DNA from: an uncultured Pelagibacteraceae bacterium
GTDB lineage: Bacteria > Pseudomonadota > Alphaproteobacteria > Pelagibacterales > Pelagibacteraceae
Assembly (NCBI GenBank): GCA_902564785.1
Contig: CACFCI010000002.1
Location: 12,121-76,120, forward strand
Direction of reading: 5' to 3'
DNA: 64,000 nucleotides
Shown: positions 1 through 8,927 of the stretch, piece by piece
Numbering within the stretch: position 1 is the first letter of the stretch
Layout of the letters: each line of letters starts with the position of its first letter
Made by a program: the position numbers and the translations under genes
The notes under the pieces: generated by a model
The model's input: only the letters and a program-made list of their open reading frames with translations
Database searches by the model: none
What the model was told of the DNA's origin: nothing

Positions 1-843
1 AGATGGAATTTCATTAAATAAAAAATATCCAGGTATCATAGACATTATAATTAACGAATATTCAAACAGAGAAACTACAGAAGGAGAAGCAACAATGTAT
101 GCTGAAAATATGCAAAGAAAAGCAATAGAGGCAACAAAACCAAAAAATAAGATAAATTTCCAAGTATATTCAATATTTGAAAACCATTCTCTAAAAATAA
201 ACTGCGTAGTTGGATCAAAGTCTGAGTTATTTAATTGTCCATTTCCCATGAACAAATAAATCAGACCACATAAAATTAGGGCTATTAAATAAAAATAAAA
301 TAATTGAGTATTCACATCATCTTTATCTGACGTATATTTAGTTATAGTCATTGATGCAGCATAAAAAAATGCACATAATACTGGAAGCAAACTTTTGTAT
401 TCAAAGTCAGAAAAGTTTGGGTCTAATACAATAAAAACTCCTATGAAACCAAATACAATTGCTGACCATCTTCTTATTCCAATAAATTCTTTCAAAAAAA
501 ATTTAGCAAAAATAGATACAAAAAAAGGACAAGAAAAAAATAAGGCATTTGCAGTTGCTAGTGGCATGTAAGTAAGAGAAATAAAGAAAGCTGAAAACGC
601 TAAAAAGTGAAGAACCACTCTAATAATTGTCCAAACAGGATAGTAAGTTTTTAGTGAAACTTTCTGTTTTCTAAATTTTATGTAACTAAAAAGTAAAATA
701 GCTGCAACGAAATATCTTCCAAAAAAAATTTCATAAAGAGAGGCTTTCTCAAAAATATATTTAATTAAAGAGTCCTGCATCGCAAATAATGTCATTGCAA
801 TGATTATTAAAATAATACCTTTAGAATTATTATCTTTTGTCAT
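1..843 (-). CDS. DMT/EamA-family drug/metabolite transporter (3' end runs off the window)
   Basis: Absent from the ORF track. ATG is cat at 841-843; hand translation gives MTKDNNSKGIILIIIAMTLFAMQDSLIK...MPLATANALFFSCPFF...IGIRRWSAIVFGFIGV...AYIVASPSVVSLFEYS, open to base 1. Clear paralog of 844..1794. Confidence 0.88.
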   Translation of the reverse strand, partial: MTKDNNSKGIILIIIAMTLFAMQDSLIKYIFEKASLYEIFFGRYFVAAILLFSYIKFRKQKVSLKTYYPVWTIIRVVLHFLAFSAFFISLTYMPLATANALFFSCPFFVSIFAKFFLKEFIGIRRWSAIVFGFIGVFIVLDPNFSDFEYKSLLPVLCAFFYAASMTITKYTSDKDDVNTQLFYFYLIALILCGLIYLFMGNGQLNNSDFDPTTQFIFREWFSNIEYTWKFILFFGFVASIAFLCIFSAYIVASPSVVSLFEYSLIIMSMIPGYFLFNEIPS

Positions 844-1794
844 TTATCTAAGAGGTTTTTCTGTAGCTAAAGATTGGTTTTGTGCTTTCTCACGTATAAA
901 AATATAAACACCACTTGATACGATAATTAAAATTCCAATCACTGTATTTAATGAGGGTATTTCATCAAAATATAACCATCCTACAAGCGGTGACCAAAAT
1001 AATATTGAATATTCGAAAGGTGAAACAACAGCTGGAGAAGCAATACTGTAAGCAGTAAATAAAAAAAGAAATGCAAGAGTTGCTGTTACTCCAGTTGCAG
1101 TCATTAATAGAATATTAGAGTTAAAATCAACAAACCATTCCCTGAATATAAATTGAGAAGCTGGATGATCCGAATTGTTATATTGACCATCACCAATTAT
1201 AAAATAAAAAATTATACTTATAATTATTGCGCCAATATAAAATGTAAATGTTTGAGTATAAACACTATCCTTATCAGATGTTTTTTTTATTATTATCATA
1301 GATAATGAGTAACAAAGCGCACATAAAATAGGTAATAAGCTTAAATAGTTAAAATTACTAAAATCAGGATTTAATGTTACATAAACTCCAATAAATCCCA
1401 CAACTACAGCAGACCATCTTCTCAATCCTATTTCTTCTTTTAAAAAAAAATGAGCGAATATTGTAATTAAAAATGGAGTAACAAAAAATAAAGCTGTTGC
1501 AGTACCAAGTGGTAATACAGTCAAAGAAACATAAAAAGAACTAAAACCAAAGAAAAAAAGAATTACTCTGGTAAAAGTTAAAAGAGGATATTTGCTTTTA
1601 AATACTATTGGTTTTTTTGTAATTATTAAAAATAATAAAATAAGCACAAAACTTACTACAGTTCTTATTAGGTAAATTTCATAAAGAGAAACAAAATTAT
1701 AAATATGCTTCATAATTCCGTCCTGGACAGAAAAAACCATCATGGCTATCAATATGAAGACTATTCCTTTAGGATTATTGTTTTGAGTCCTCAT
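844..1794 (-). CDS. DMT/EamA-family transporter
   Basis: About 10 hydrophobic segments; EamA-type motifs LPLGTATALFFVTPF, KEEIGLRRWSAV, PAVVSPFEY. Confidence 0.9.
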   Translation of the reverse strand: MRTQNNNPKGIVFILIAMMVFSVQDGIMKHIYNFVSLYEIYLIRTVVSFVLILLFLIITKKPIVFKSKYPLLTFTRVILFFFGFSSFYVSLTVLPLGTATALFFVTPFLITIFAHFFLKEEIGLRRWSAVVVGFIGVYVTLNPDFSNFNYLSLLPILCALCYSLSMIIIKKTSDKDSVYTQTFTFYIGAIIISIIFYFIIGDGQYNNSDHPASQFIFREWFVDFNSNILLMTATGVTATLAFLFLFTAYSIASPAVVSPFEYSILFWSPLVGWLYFDEIPSLNTVIGILIIVSSGVYIFIREKAQNQSLATEKPLR

Positions 1795-1857
1795 TTACGC
1801 TCTATATCAAAAAAGAATATGTTTTTAAATTTATTAAATTTATGTCATATTTAATTT

Positions 1858-2844
1858 ATGATTTCAGAAGAAGATAAAATAATGATGGAAACCCTTTATT
1901 GGTGGGGTATTCCAACTTTATTTAGATGCAAAAATGATCCAGACCCTAAAAATTGTGACATTGCATTAGTCGGTGTTCCTCATAGCACAGGAAATGGTAC
2001 CACTGAAAGAGATCAACACTTAGGTCCAAGAGCAGTTAGAAATATTTCTGCAATGCTTAGACGATCTCACTTTGATTACAAAATTGATCCTTGGAAGGAA
2101 AATAAAATTCACGACTTGGGAGATGTTCCATTTCCTGAAGCTAATGATAATGAAAAATGTATAGAGAGAATTTCAGCTTTTTATGATCATATAGAGCAAG
2201 CAGAAAAACCAGTTGTTTCAATTGGTGGAGATCACTCAGTAACAGGAGGAATTGTTCAAAGTTTAGCAAAAAAAAATTCAAAATTAACTAAAGGAAAAAA
2301 AATTACATTTCTTCATTTTGATGCCCATACAGATTGTTTTGAAAAATTAGATCATTTTTTGGGAGCAAAAAAATCAGCAGCACATTGGGCCTCTTATTTA
2401 GTTAAACAAGGAAATGTTGATCCACATACAAGTACTCAGATAGGTATAAGAGGAAATCCAAGAACATTAGATTGGTTACAGGCGAGTTACGATATTGGTT
2501 ATCAAGTAATTACAATGGATGAATATAGAGAATGGGGTCATGAAAAATGTGTGAAAATGATTTTAGATAGACTAGGTGACAATCCAATTTATGTTACTTT
2601 CGATTTAGATTGTTTAGATCCAACAGTTGCACCTGGGGTAGCAAACATAGAACCTGCGTATAAAGGATTTAATATGGATGAAGCACGAAAACTTATTCAA
2701 TGTTTAAAAGGAAAAAATGTAATTGGTGGAGATGTTGCTTGTTTAATGCCAACAAAAGATAGTCCAAATCAAATTACAGCAATGGTTGCAGCTTCTATAA
2801 TGTTTGAAATAATTTGTTTAATTTCAGTTTATCGTAACAAATAA
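1858..2844 (+). CDS. Ureohydrolase (agmatinase/arginase family) with atypical active site
   Basis: Metal-ligand motifs GGDHS, HFDAHTD and FDLDCLDP are intact; the usual HGT and D-x-x-E motifs are replaced. Confidence 0.88.
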   Translation: MISEEDKIMMETLYWWGIPTLFRCKNDPDPKNCDIALVGVPHSTGNGTTERDQHLGPRAVRNISAMLRRSHFDYKIDPWKENKIHDLGDVPFPEANDNEKCIERISAFYDHIEQAEKPVVSIGGDHSVTGGIVQSLAKKNSKLTKGKKITFLHFDAHTDCFEKLDHFLGAKKSAAHWASYLVKQGNVDPHTSTQIGIRGNPRTLDWLQASYDIGYQVITMDEYREWGHEKCVKMILDRLGDNPIYVTFDLDCLDPTVAPGVANIEPAYKGFNMDEARKLIQCLKGKNVIGGDVACLMPTKDSPNQITAMVAASIMFEIICLISVYRNK

Positions 2845-2846
2845 TT

Positions 2847-4427
2847 TTAATTTAAAATAAATTCGGATGCTCTTTCTGCAATCATTAATGTTGGAGCATT
2901 TAGGTTTCCACTTGTAATTTCTGGCATGACAGAAGCATCCACTACTCTTAAATTTTCTACACCATAAACTTTTAGCTTTTGGTCAACTACAGCCATATTA
3001 TCTACTCCCATTTTTAATGTACAAGATGGATGATAAGCAGTTTCAGCTTTAGATCTGATGTATTCTTCGAATACCTCATTAGTCTGGGCATGTTCTCCTG
3101 GTCCAATTTCTTTTCCCGCATATGGTTTTAATGAATCTTGTCCCAAAATTTTTCTAGCTACATGAATACATTCTATAGTTTGCTTTAAATCATCTTCATG
3201 TTCTAGATAATTAAATTGAATTTTTGGATAATCATAAGGGTTTGAGCTATTTAAAGTTATATGACCTCTACTTTTGGGATGGTTTGGACTTGCATGTAAC
3301 TGGTAACCATGTCTATCTGGATCAACTAATCCGTGATCAATTACAAAAGCAGGAAAAAAATGAAATTGAATATTTGGATATTCTCTTTCTGGAGATGATT
3401 TACAAAATCCTCCAGCTTCTAAGAAAGAAGTAGAACAAGGACCGCTTTTATTCAAAAACCATTGAATTCCAATTCTAATCATATTTAACTTATTAACGTA
3501 TGAGTATAAGGTGTCTTTAGTTTTGCATTCTTGCTGAACATATGTTTCCAAGTGATCCTGCAAGTTTTTTCCAACACCTTCTAAGTCTTGTACAACATTA
3601 ATACCCTTATCTTTTAAATGCTGGCTTGGACCAATTCCAGAAAGCATTAGTAATTGTGGTGAATTAATTGCACCTCCACTTAAAATTACTTCTTTATTGG
3701 CATAAATCTTTTCGACTTTATTTTTTATTTTTACTTCAATTCCAATTGCTTTTTTTCCATCAAAAATAATTCTTTCAACAAAAGCTTCTGTAAATACTTT
3801 TAAATTTTTTCTTTTTTTAGCAGGATTTAAATAATACTTAGATACACTTGCTCTTTCTCCCTTATGAATAGTAACATCGTACATTCCAAAACCTTCTTGT
3901 TCTTTACCATTCATGTCATTGTTTATTTTGTAACCAGCCTCACCAGCGGAGTCTACAAAAGCTTTGAATAAAGGATTTTTATTTTTAGATTGGTTTACTG
4001 GCAATATTCCGCTACCTCCTCGATATTCATTTTCTCCTTGTGACCATGTTTCAATTTTTTTGAAATAGGGAAGAACTTTTTCATAAGACCAATCATCCAA
4101 TCCAAAAGATGCCCATCTTTGATAATCATTTGGATTTCCTCTGACAAATACCATTCCATTATGAGCAGAGCACCCACCAATCATTTTTCCTCTTGGACAA
4201 AATAATCTTCTATTATGTAGATAAGGTTCTGGTTCTGAATAATATTTGTAATTATATTTTGGATCATGCATTGTATATAAAATTGCAAGTGGCATGTTAA
4301 CCTTCCAAATATCACTGGGTTTCCCAGCTTCAAATATTGCTACATTGTTTTGATCATTTTCTGTCAATCGGTTTGCAAGCACACAGCCTGCACTTCCAGC
4401 ACCAATTATTAAATAGTCAAAATTCAT
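2847..4427 (-). CDS. betA: Choline dehydrogenase-like GMC oxidoreductase
   Basis: FAD motif GAGSAG; GMC signatures PRGKMIGGCSAHNGM, GKNLQDHL, TAYHPSCT, SGNLNAPT; betaine-related neighbours. Confidence 0.8.
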   Translation of the reverse strand: MNFDYLIIGAGSAGCVLANRLTENDQNNVAIFEAGKPSDIWKVNMPLAILYTMHDPKYNYKYYSEPEPYLHNRRLFCPRGKMIGGCSAHNGMVFVRGNPNDYQRWASFGLDDWSYEKVLPYFKKIETWSQGENEYRGGSGILPVNQSKNKNPLFKAFVDSAGEAGYKINNDMNGKEQEGFGMYDVTIHKGERASVSKYYLNPAKKRKNLKVFTEAFVERIIFDGKKAIGIEVKIKNKVEKIYANKEVILSGGAINSPQLLMLSGIGPSQHLKDKGINVVQDLEGVGKNLQDHLETYVQQECKTKDTLYSYVNKLNMIRIGIQWFLNKSGPCSTSFLEAGGFCKSSPEREYPNIQFHFFPAFVIDHGLVDPDRHGYQLHASPNHPKSRGHITLNSSNPYDYPKIQFNYLEHEDDLKQTIECIHVARKILGQDSLKPYAGKEIGPGEHAQTNEVFEEYIRSKAETAYHPSCTLKMGVDNMAVVDQKLKVYGVENLRVVDASVMPEITSGNLNAPTLMIAERASEFILN

Positions 4428-4960
4428 ATAAGTTTTGAACTTAACAACTTTTCATAGTCATGAATAGATTTCATTTTAATGTCAGTTCTTTTAGCAGCTT
4501 CGTCAAATTTTCGGAGTAGAATTGATGGCTTAAAGTAAGATTTATTCTTAAACTTTTCACTTTCTTTATCATTTAGAACTCCTCCTTGTAACTTGAGGCT
4601 TATTTTTGACGCATCAGATAAAAAATCAAAATATTTTTTATCTCTAGCTAAATAACGTTTAGCCAAAACATGATATTTAATTGGCTCAACAATTTTTTGT
4701 CCAAAAAATTTTTTTAGATATTGATATCCAATATTTTCATGATCTCCGTCTAATTTATTTTTAACTAATTCTTCAGGATCTTCTAAAAGAAAATGACCAT
4801 AGTCATGAAGCAAACATGCGCAAATTAAATCATCATTGCATTTAGCTTTTTCAGCTAGCATGGCAGACTGAATCATATGCTCTGACATAGTTACTTTCTC
4901 TCCTATGTACAAAGATTTATTATTTATAAAATTTGAAATGATTTTATAAATTATCTTCAT
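4424..4960 (-). CDS. HD-domain mixed-valent diiron oxygenase, PhnZ/TmpB-like
   Basis: EHMIQSA, LLHDYGH, DHE, HVLAKRYL, LSDASKISLKLQGG and LRKFDEAAK match the PhnZ/TmpB pattern; ATGA overlap with betA. Confidence 0.82.
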   Translation of the reverse strand: MKIIYKIISNFINNKSLYIGEKVTMSEHMIQSAMLAEKAKCNDDLICACLLHDYGHFLLEDPEELVKNKLDGDHENIGYQYLKKFFGQKIVEPIKYHVLAKRYLARDKKYFDFLSDASKISLKLQGGVLNDKESEKFKNKSYFKPSILLRKFDEAAKRTDIKMKSIHDYEKLLSSKLI

Positions 4961-4963
4961 TTA

Positions 4964-5794
4964 TTATTGCGGATGATCCCCTTCAACAGCTATACGATCC
5001 ATTACTCTTTCAAAACCAAGACCTTTATTTGGATAAAAATCAGCAATAGCATAATGCTGAACACTTCTATTATCCCAAATAGCTATTGCATTTTCGGTCC
5101 ATTTAAATCTACAAGTAAGATCTAATCTTGCCTGATGTTCAAATAAATAATTTAATATCTCTTTACTTTCTTCTTTGTCCATACCAATAATTTCTTTTGT
5201 GTAAGTCCAATTTACAAAAAGAATTTTTTTACCTGTTTCTGGATGAGTTCTTAAAATTGGATGAGTATTTGAATATTCATCCATATTTCCATTACTTTGC
5301 ATTGCTTTATATTTATCAAGGAAAAACCCACCTCCTAATGAGGAATGAACTGCTTTTTTATTTTTGATTTTATTTTTTATCTCTTCTTCTAGGGTCTCCC
5401 ATGCAAGTTCCATGTTTGAGAAAACAGTATCTCCTCCAACTGGTGGAATTTTAATTGATTTTAAAATTACAGCTTTAGTTGGTTTTTTGTTATAACTAAC
5501 ATCTGAATGCCAACCCTCTCCCCATTGTGTTTTTTCTTCAGGCTTTTTTATTATTCTTATTATTTCGGGGAATTCACTTAAACCTCTTACATAAGCATGT
5601 GTTTCTAATGGTCCAAATTTTGAAGCTAAAGCAACATGTTGTTCTGAAGTCAAAGGTTGATTTCGAAAAAATATAACTTTGTGTTCTAATAATAGGTTAT
5701 TTATTGTTTTAAAATTTTCATCTGAAACGTCAGTCAAATCAATTCCACTTATTTCAGCACCTAATGCTCCTGATAATAATTTTACATCAATCAT
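4964..5794 (-). CDS. TauD/TfdA-family Fe(II)/2-oxoglutarate dioxygenase
   Basis: LGAEISGIDL N-terminus, WHSD (HxD), GGDTVF, HPILRTHPETG, WDNRSVQHYA. Confidence 0.9.
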   Translation of the reverse strand: MIDVKLLSGALGAEISGIDLTDVSDENFKTINNLLLEHKVIFFRNQPLTSEQHVALASKFGPLETHAYVRGLSEFPEIIRIIKKPEEKTQWGEGWHSDVSYNKKPTKAVILKSIKIPPVGGDTVFSNMELAWETLEEEIKNKIKNKKAVHSSLGGGFFLDKYKAMQSNGNMDEYSNTHPILRTHPETGKKILFVNWTYTKEIIGMDKEESKEILNYLFEHQARLDLTCRFKWTENAIAIWDNRSVQHYAIADFYPNKGLGFERVMDRIAVEGDHPQ

Positions 5795-6258
5795 TTTTTA
5801 AGTTTTCCAATAATGGATAAATTATCAGAATTAAATTCATTTTTATTTTCATTTATAAAGTTATCCATAATTTTAATTTTTTCATCTTCAAATTCGGTAA
5901 CTTTTCTTTTACTAAGATCAATATAAAGCGCTAACATTTCAATAGTTGCTGATAATTTTTTTGATGATTTTTCAATCATTTCCATCTTGAAATGTAATCT
6001 CTTTTTATCATGATCAAAGAAGGTTAAAACAATTTCTACTTCATCTCCCTCTTTAACTTCACCATCATATGTAGTGCGAGTTTCAACAACCATTGTACTT
6101 CTTTGTGTATCCTTTGCAGATTTTTCACCCATCTTAAATTTTTCTAGAATGATCTCCCAAGTCTGATCAAAAACTAAGACATAGTAAGCCATGTTCATAT
6201 GATTATTATAATCAGTCCATTCTTTTTTGATTTTTTGGTTTGTTATGTGAAAAGACAT
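5791..6258 (-). CDS. Hot-dog-fold thioesterase, probable betainyl-CoA thioesterase (CdhB-like)
   Basis: EWTDYNNHMNMAYY motif of 4HBT-type thioesterases; divergent from the BKACE and carnitine dehydrogenase genes. Confidence 0.75.
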   Translation of the reverse strand: MSFHITNQKIKKEWTDYNNHMNMAYYVLVFDQTWEIILEKFKMGEKSAKDTQRSTMVVETRTTYDGEVKEGDEVEIVLTFFDHDKKRLHFKMEMIEKSSKKLSATIEMLALYIDLSKRKVTEFEDEKIKIMDNFINENKNEFNSDNLSIIGKLKK

Positions 6259-6305
6259 TTTTTTATTCCCTCGTCCTTTTTATAATAGTATAAATCTTAC
6301 TTAAA

Positions 6306-7193
6306 ATGAACAACAAGGTATTCATATCATGTGCTGTGACTGGGTCAGGAGATACCGCAAGCAAGCATCCAGATTTACCAAAAACTCCAGAACAAATTGC
6401 TAAAGCATCAATTGAAGCTGCAAAAGCAGGAGCTGCTATTGCTCATATTCATGTGAGGGAGGAAGACGGAACTCCAAGTAGAAGATTAGAGTTATATAAA
6501 GAGGTTGTAGATAGAGTTCGTTCAAGTGATACAGATGTGATTTTGAATTTAACAACTGGTATGGGTGGAGATTTAGATATTGGTCAAGGCAAAGACCCAT
6601 TGGAGTTTGGACCAATGACTGATATGGCAAATGTTATGGAAAGAATTGCAAATGCTGAGCAATTTTTACCAGAGATTTGCACTTTAGATTGTGGAACTTT
6701 AAACTTTGGAGATAGTTCTGTTATAACCGTTAATACTCCAAACGATTTAAGAAAAGCTGCAAAAAGATTAAAAGAAATTAAAGTAAAACCCGAAATTGAG
6801 GCTTTTGATTTAGGCAATATGTGGTTTGGTGCACAGCTATATAAAGAAGGATTGTTGGATGATCCGCCTATGTTTCAAATGTGTTTAGGAATTCCTTGGG
6901 GTGCACCAGCTACTCCATTGGCAATGCAAGCTATGAAAGATATTATGCCAAAAGAAGGCGTGTGGTCAGGTTTTGCAATTTCAAAAAATGAGATGCCATT
7001 TGTAGCACAAACAGTAATTATGGGCGGTAATCCTAGAGTAGGTTTAGAAGATAATTTGTATTTATCTAAAGGAAAACTGGCAACAAATGCCCAATTAGTT
7101 GAAAAGGCAATTAGAATTGTTGAAGATCTAGGTGTATCAACAATGACACCCGCAGAAACAAGAGAGAAGTTAAAACTTGTTAAACACAAGTAA
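6306..7193 (+). CDS. cdhC: Beta-keto acid cleavage enzyme (BKACE/DUF849), probable 3-dehydrocarnitine cleavage enzyme
   Basis: ISCAVTG, AAIAHIHVR, NLTTGMGG, LDCGTLNFG, RVGLEDN; directly upstream of carnitine dehydrogenase. Confidence 0.82.
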   Translation: MNNKVFISCAVTGSGDTASKHPDLPKTPEQIAKASIEAAKAGAAIAHIHVREEDGTPSRRLELYKEVVDRVRSSDTDVILNLTTGMGGDLDIGQGKDPLEFGPMTDMANVMERIANAEQFLPEICTLDCGTLNFGDSSVITVNTPNDLRKAAKRLKEIKVKPEIEAFDLGNMWFGAQLYKEGLLDDPPMFQMCLGIPWGAPATPLAMQAMKDIMPKEGVWSGFAISKNEMPFVAQTVIMGGNPRVGLEDNLYLSKGKLATNAQLVEKAIRIVEDLGVSTMTPAETREKLKLVKHK

Positions 7194-8134
7194 TGCAAAA
7201 TATTAAAAAAGTTGCAATAATTGGAACTGGGGTAATTGGGGCAGGGTGGATCATACGTTGTTTGGCCCATAACAAAATTGTTTATGCATTTGATAAAGAT
7301 ATTAAGTTAAAAAAAAAATTATTATCTGAAATAAAAAGAACTTGGCCATTTGTAAAAAAACTATTTAATAAAAAAAAATTAAATCTAAAAAATTTTCATT
7401 TTTTTACCTCAATAGAACAAACATTAAAAGATGCAGATTTTATTCAGGAATGTGCAACTGAAAATTATTCTTTAAAAACTAAATTGATTAGCACTATTGG
7501 AAAATATGCAAAATCTAATTCAATAATTGCTTCAAGCTCATCGGGTTTGTTGCCAACTAGAATTTATTCAAAATGTAAAAATCCAGAGAGAGGAATAATT
7601 GGACATCCATTCAATCCTGTATATTTATTGCCTGCTGTAGAAATTGTTCCAGGTAAGAAAACTTCAAAAAACAATTTAGATTTAGCTAAAAAATTTTACA
7701 AATCAATTTCTATGAATCCAATTATGGTTAAAAATGAATTACCTGGATATTTGTCTGACAGATTACAAGAAGCTTTATGGAGAGAAGGCCTGCATATTAT
7801 TAATGAGGGATATGCAACTACGGAGGAATTAGATAGAGCAATTGAAGATGGCCCAGGATTAAGATGGTCTTTGATGGGTACATTTTTAACCTTTCACCTT
7901 GCAGGAGGAAAAACGGGAATGAAACATATGTTGGAACAATTTGGACCTGCTTTAAAATTACCATGGACTAAATTAAAGGCCCCTAAGCTATCAAAAAAAT
8001 TATGTTCTAGATTGATTTCAGGAACAGCAAAACAGGCTAAAGGTAAATCGGTTGCAATAATATCTAATATAAGAGACCAATATTTGGTTGATATTCAAAA
8101 GTTAAGAAAGAAATACCAAAAAAAACTTAGGTAA
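7193..8134 (+). CDS. cdhA: L-carnitine 3-dehydrogenase (3-hydroxyacyl-CoA dehydrogenase family)
   Basis: GTGVIGAGW, SSSSGL, GHPFNPVYLLP, DRLQEALWRE, GPGLRW, AGGKTGMKHMLEQFGP; stop/start overlap with BKACE. Confidence 0.83.
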   Translation: MQNIKKVAIIGTGVIGAGWIIRCLAHNKIVYAFDKDIKLKKKLLSEIKRTWPFVKKLFNKKKLNLKNFHFFTSIEQTLKDADFIQECATENYSLKTKLISTIGKYAKSNSIIASSSSGLLPTRIYSKCKNPERGIIGHPFNPVYLLPAVEIVPGKKTSKNNLDLAKKFYKSISMNPIMVKNELPGYLSDRLQEALWREGLHIINEGYATTEELDRAIEDGPGLRWSLMGTFLTFHLAGGKTGMKHMLEQFGPALKLPWTKLKAPKLSKKLCSRLISGTAKQAKGKSVAIISNIRDQYLVDIQKLRKKYQKKLR

Positions 8135-8135
8135 A

Positions 8136-8924
8136 TTAATCATTTCTTTCTGTGTGACCATCTACAGAAATTACTTGTCCTGAAACCTTATTGGAGTCGT
8201 CTGAAATCAAAAATGCGCACATTTTCCCTATATCTTCTTCAAGAATCCACTTTTTCATTGAACTCATTGAAATAAAATCTTTCTCAATTTTTTTTGACGA
8301 AACTTTTGTAAATTTTGCTTTATCTCTTATCACTCTTTTCATTCTTTCGCCTTTAATTGAACCAGGGCATACTGCATTAACTCTTATATTGTATTTTCCA
8401 AGTTCCATTGCGAGAGTTTTGGTAATTCCTATAATTGCCCATTTACTTGCTGCATAAGGTGATCTTAAAGGAAAACCAAGTATTCCAGCAGTTGATGAAA
8501 TATTTATTATTGATCCATTTCTAGACTTTTTAATCAAAGGTATAACCTTCTTAGTAAAATAAAAATGACTATTAACATCTACTTGAATAGTTTTTTCCCA
8601 GTCTTTAGATTTTAATTTCTCTAAAGATCCAGTTGGTCCAGCGACACCAACGTTGTTTATCAAAGCATCAATTTTTTTCGTTTTTTTACTTATTTTTTTA
8701 AATAGATCTAATACTTGGCTTTCGTCAGAAGCATCACAATTATATTTAAACAGCCTTTTATTTATAAGAGGATTTTTGTTTAATTTATTTAGGGATTTAT
8801 TATCAATATCGCAAAGGTAAACATATGCTCCACGAGAAAGACAAACCTTAGCTGTTGCTAAACCTATTCCAGATGCACCTGCAGAAATAATAATTTTTTT
8901 ATTTTTTAATGATTTGTTAACCAT
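8136..8924 (-). CDS. Short-chain dehydrogenase/reductase
   Basis: SAGASGIG, NNVG, catalytic YAASK, IRVNAVCPG; last gene of the ABC transporter operon. Confidence 0.9.
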   Translation of the reverse strand: MVNKSLKNKKIIISAGASGIGLATAKVCLSRGAYVYLCDIDNKSLNKLNKNPLINKRLFKYNCDASDESQVLDLFKKISKKTKKIDALINNVGVAGPTGSLEKLKSKDWEKTIQVDVNSHFYFTKKVIPLIKKSRNGSIINISSTAGILGFPLRSPYAASKWAIIGITKTLAMELGKYNIRVNAVCPGSIKGERMKRVIRDKAKFTKVSSKKIEKDFISMSSMKKWILEEDIGKMCAFLISDDSNKVSGQVISVDGHTERND

Positions 8925-8927
8925 TAA

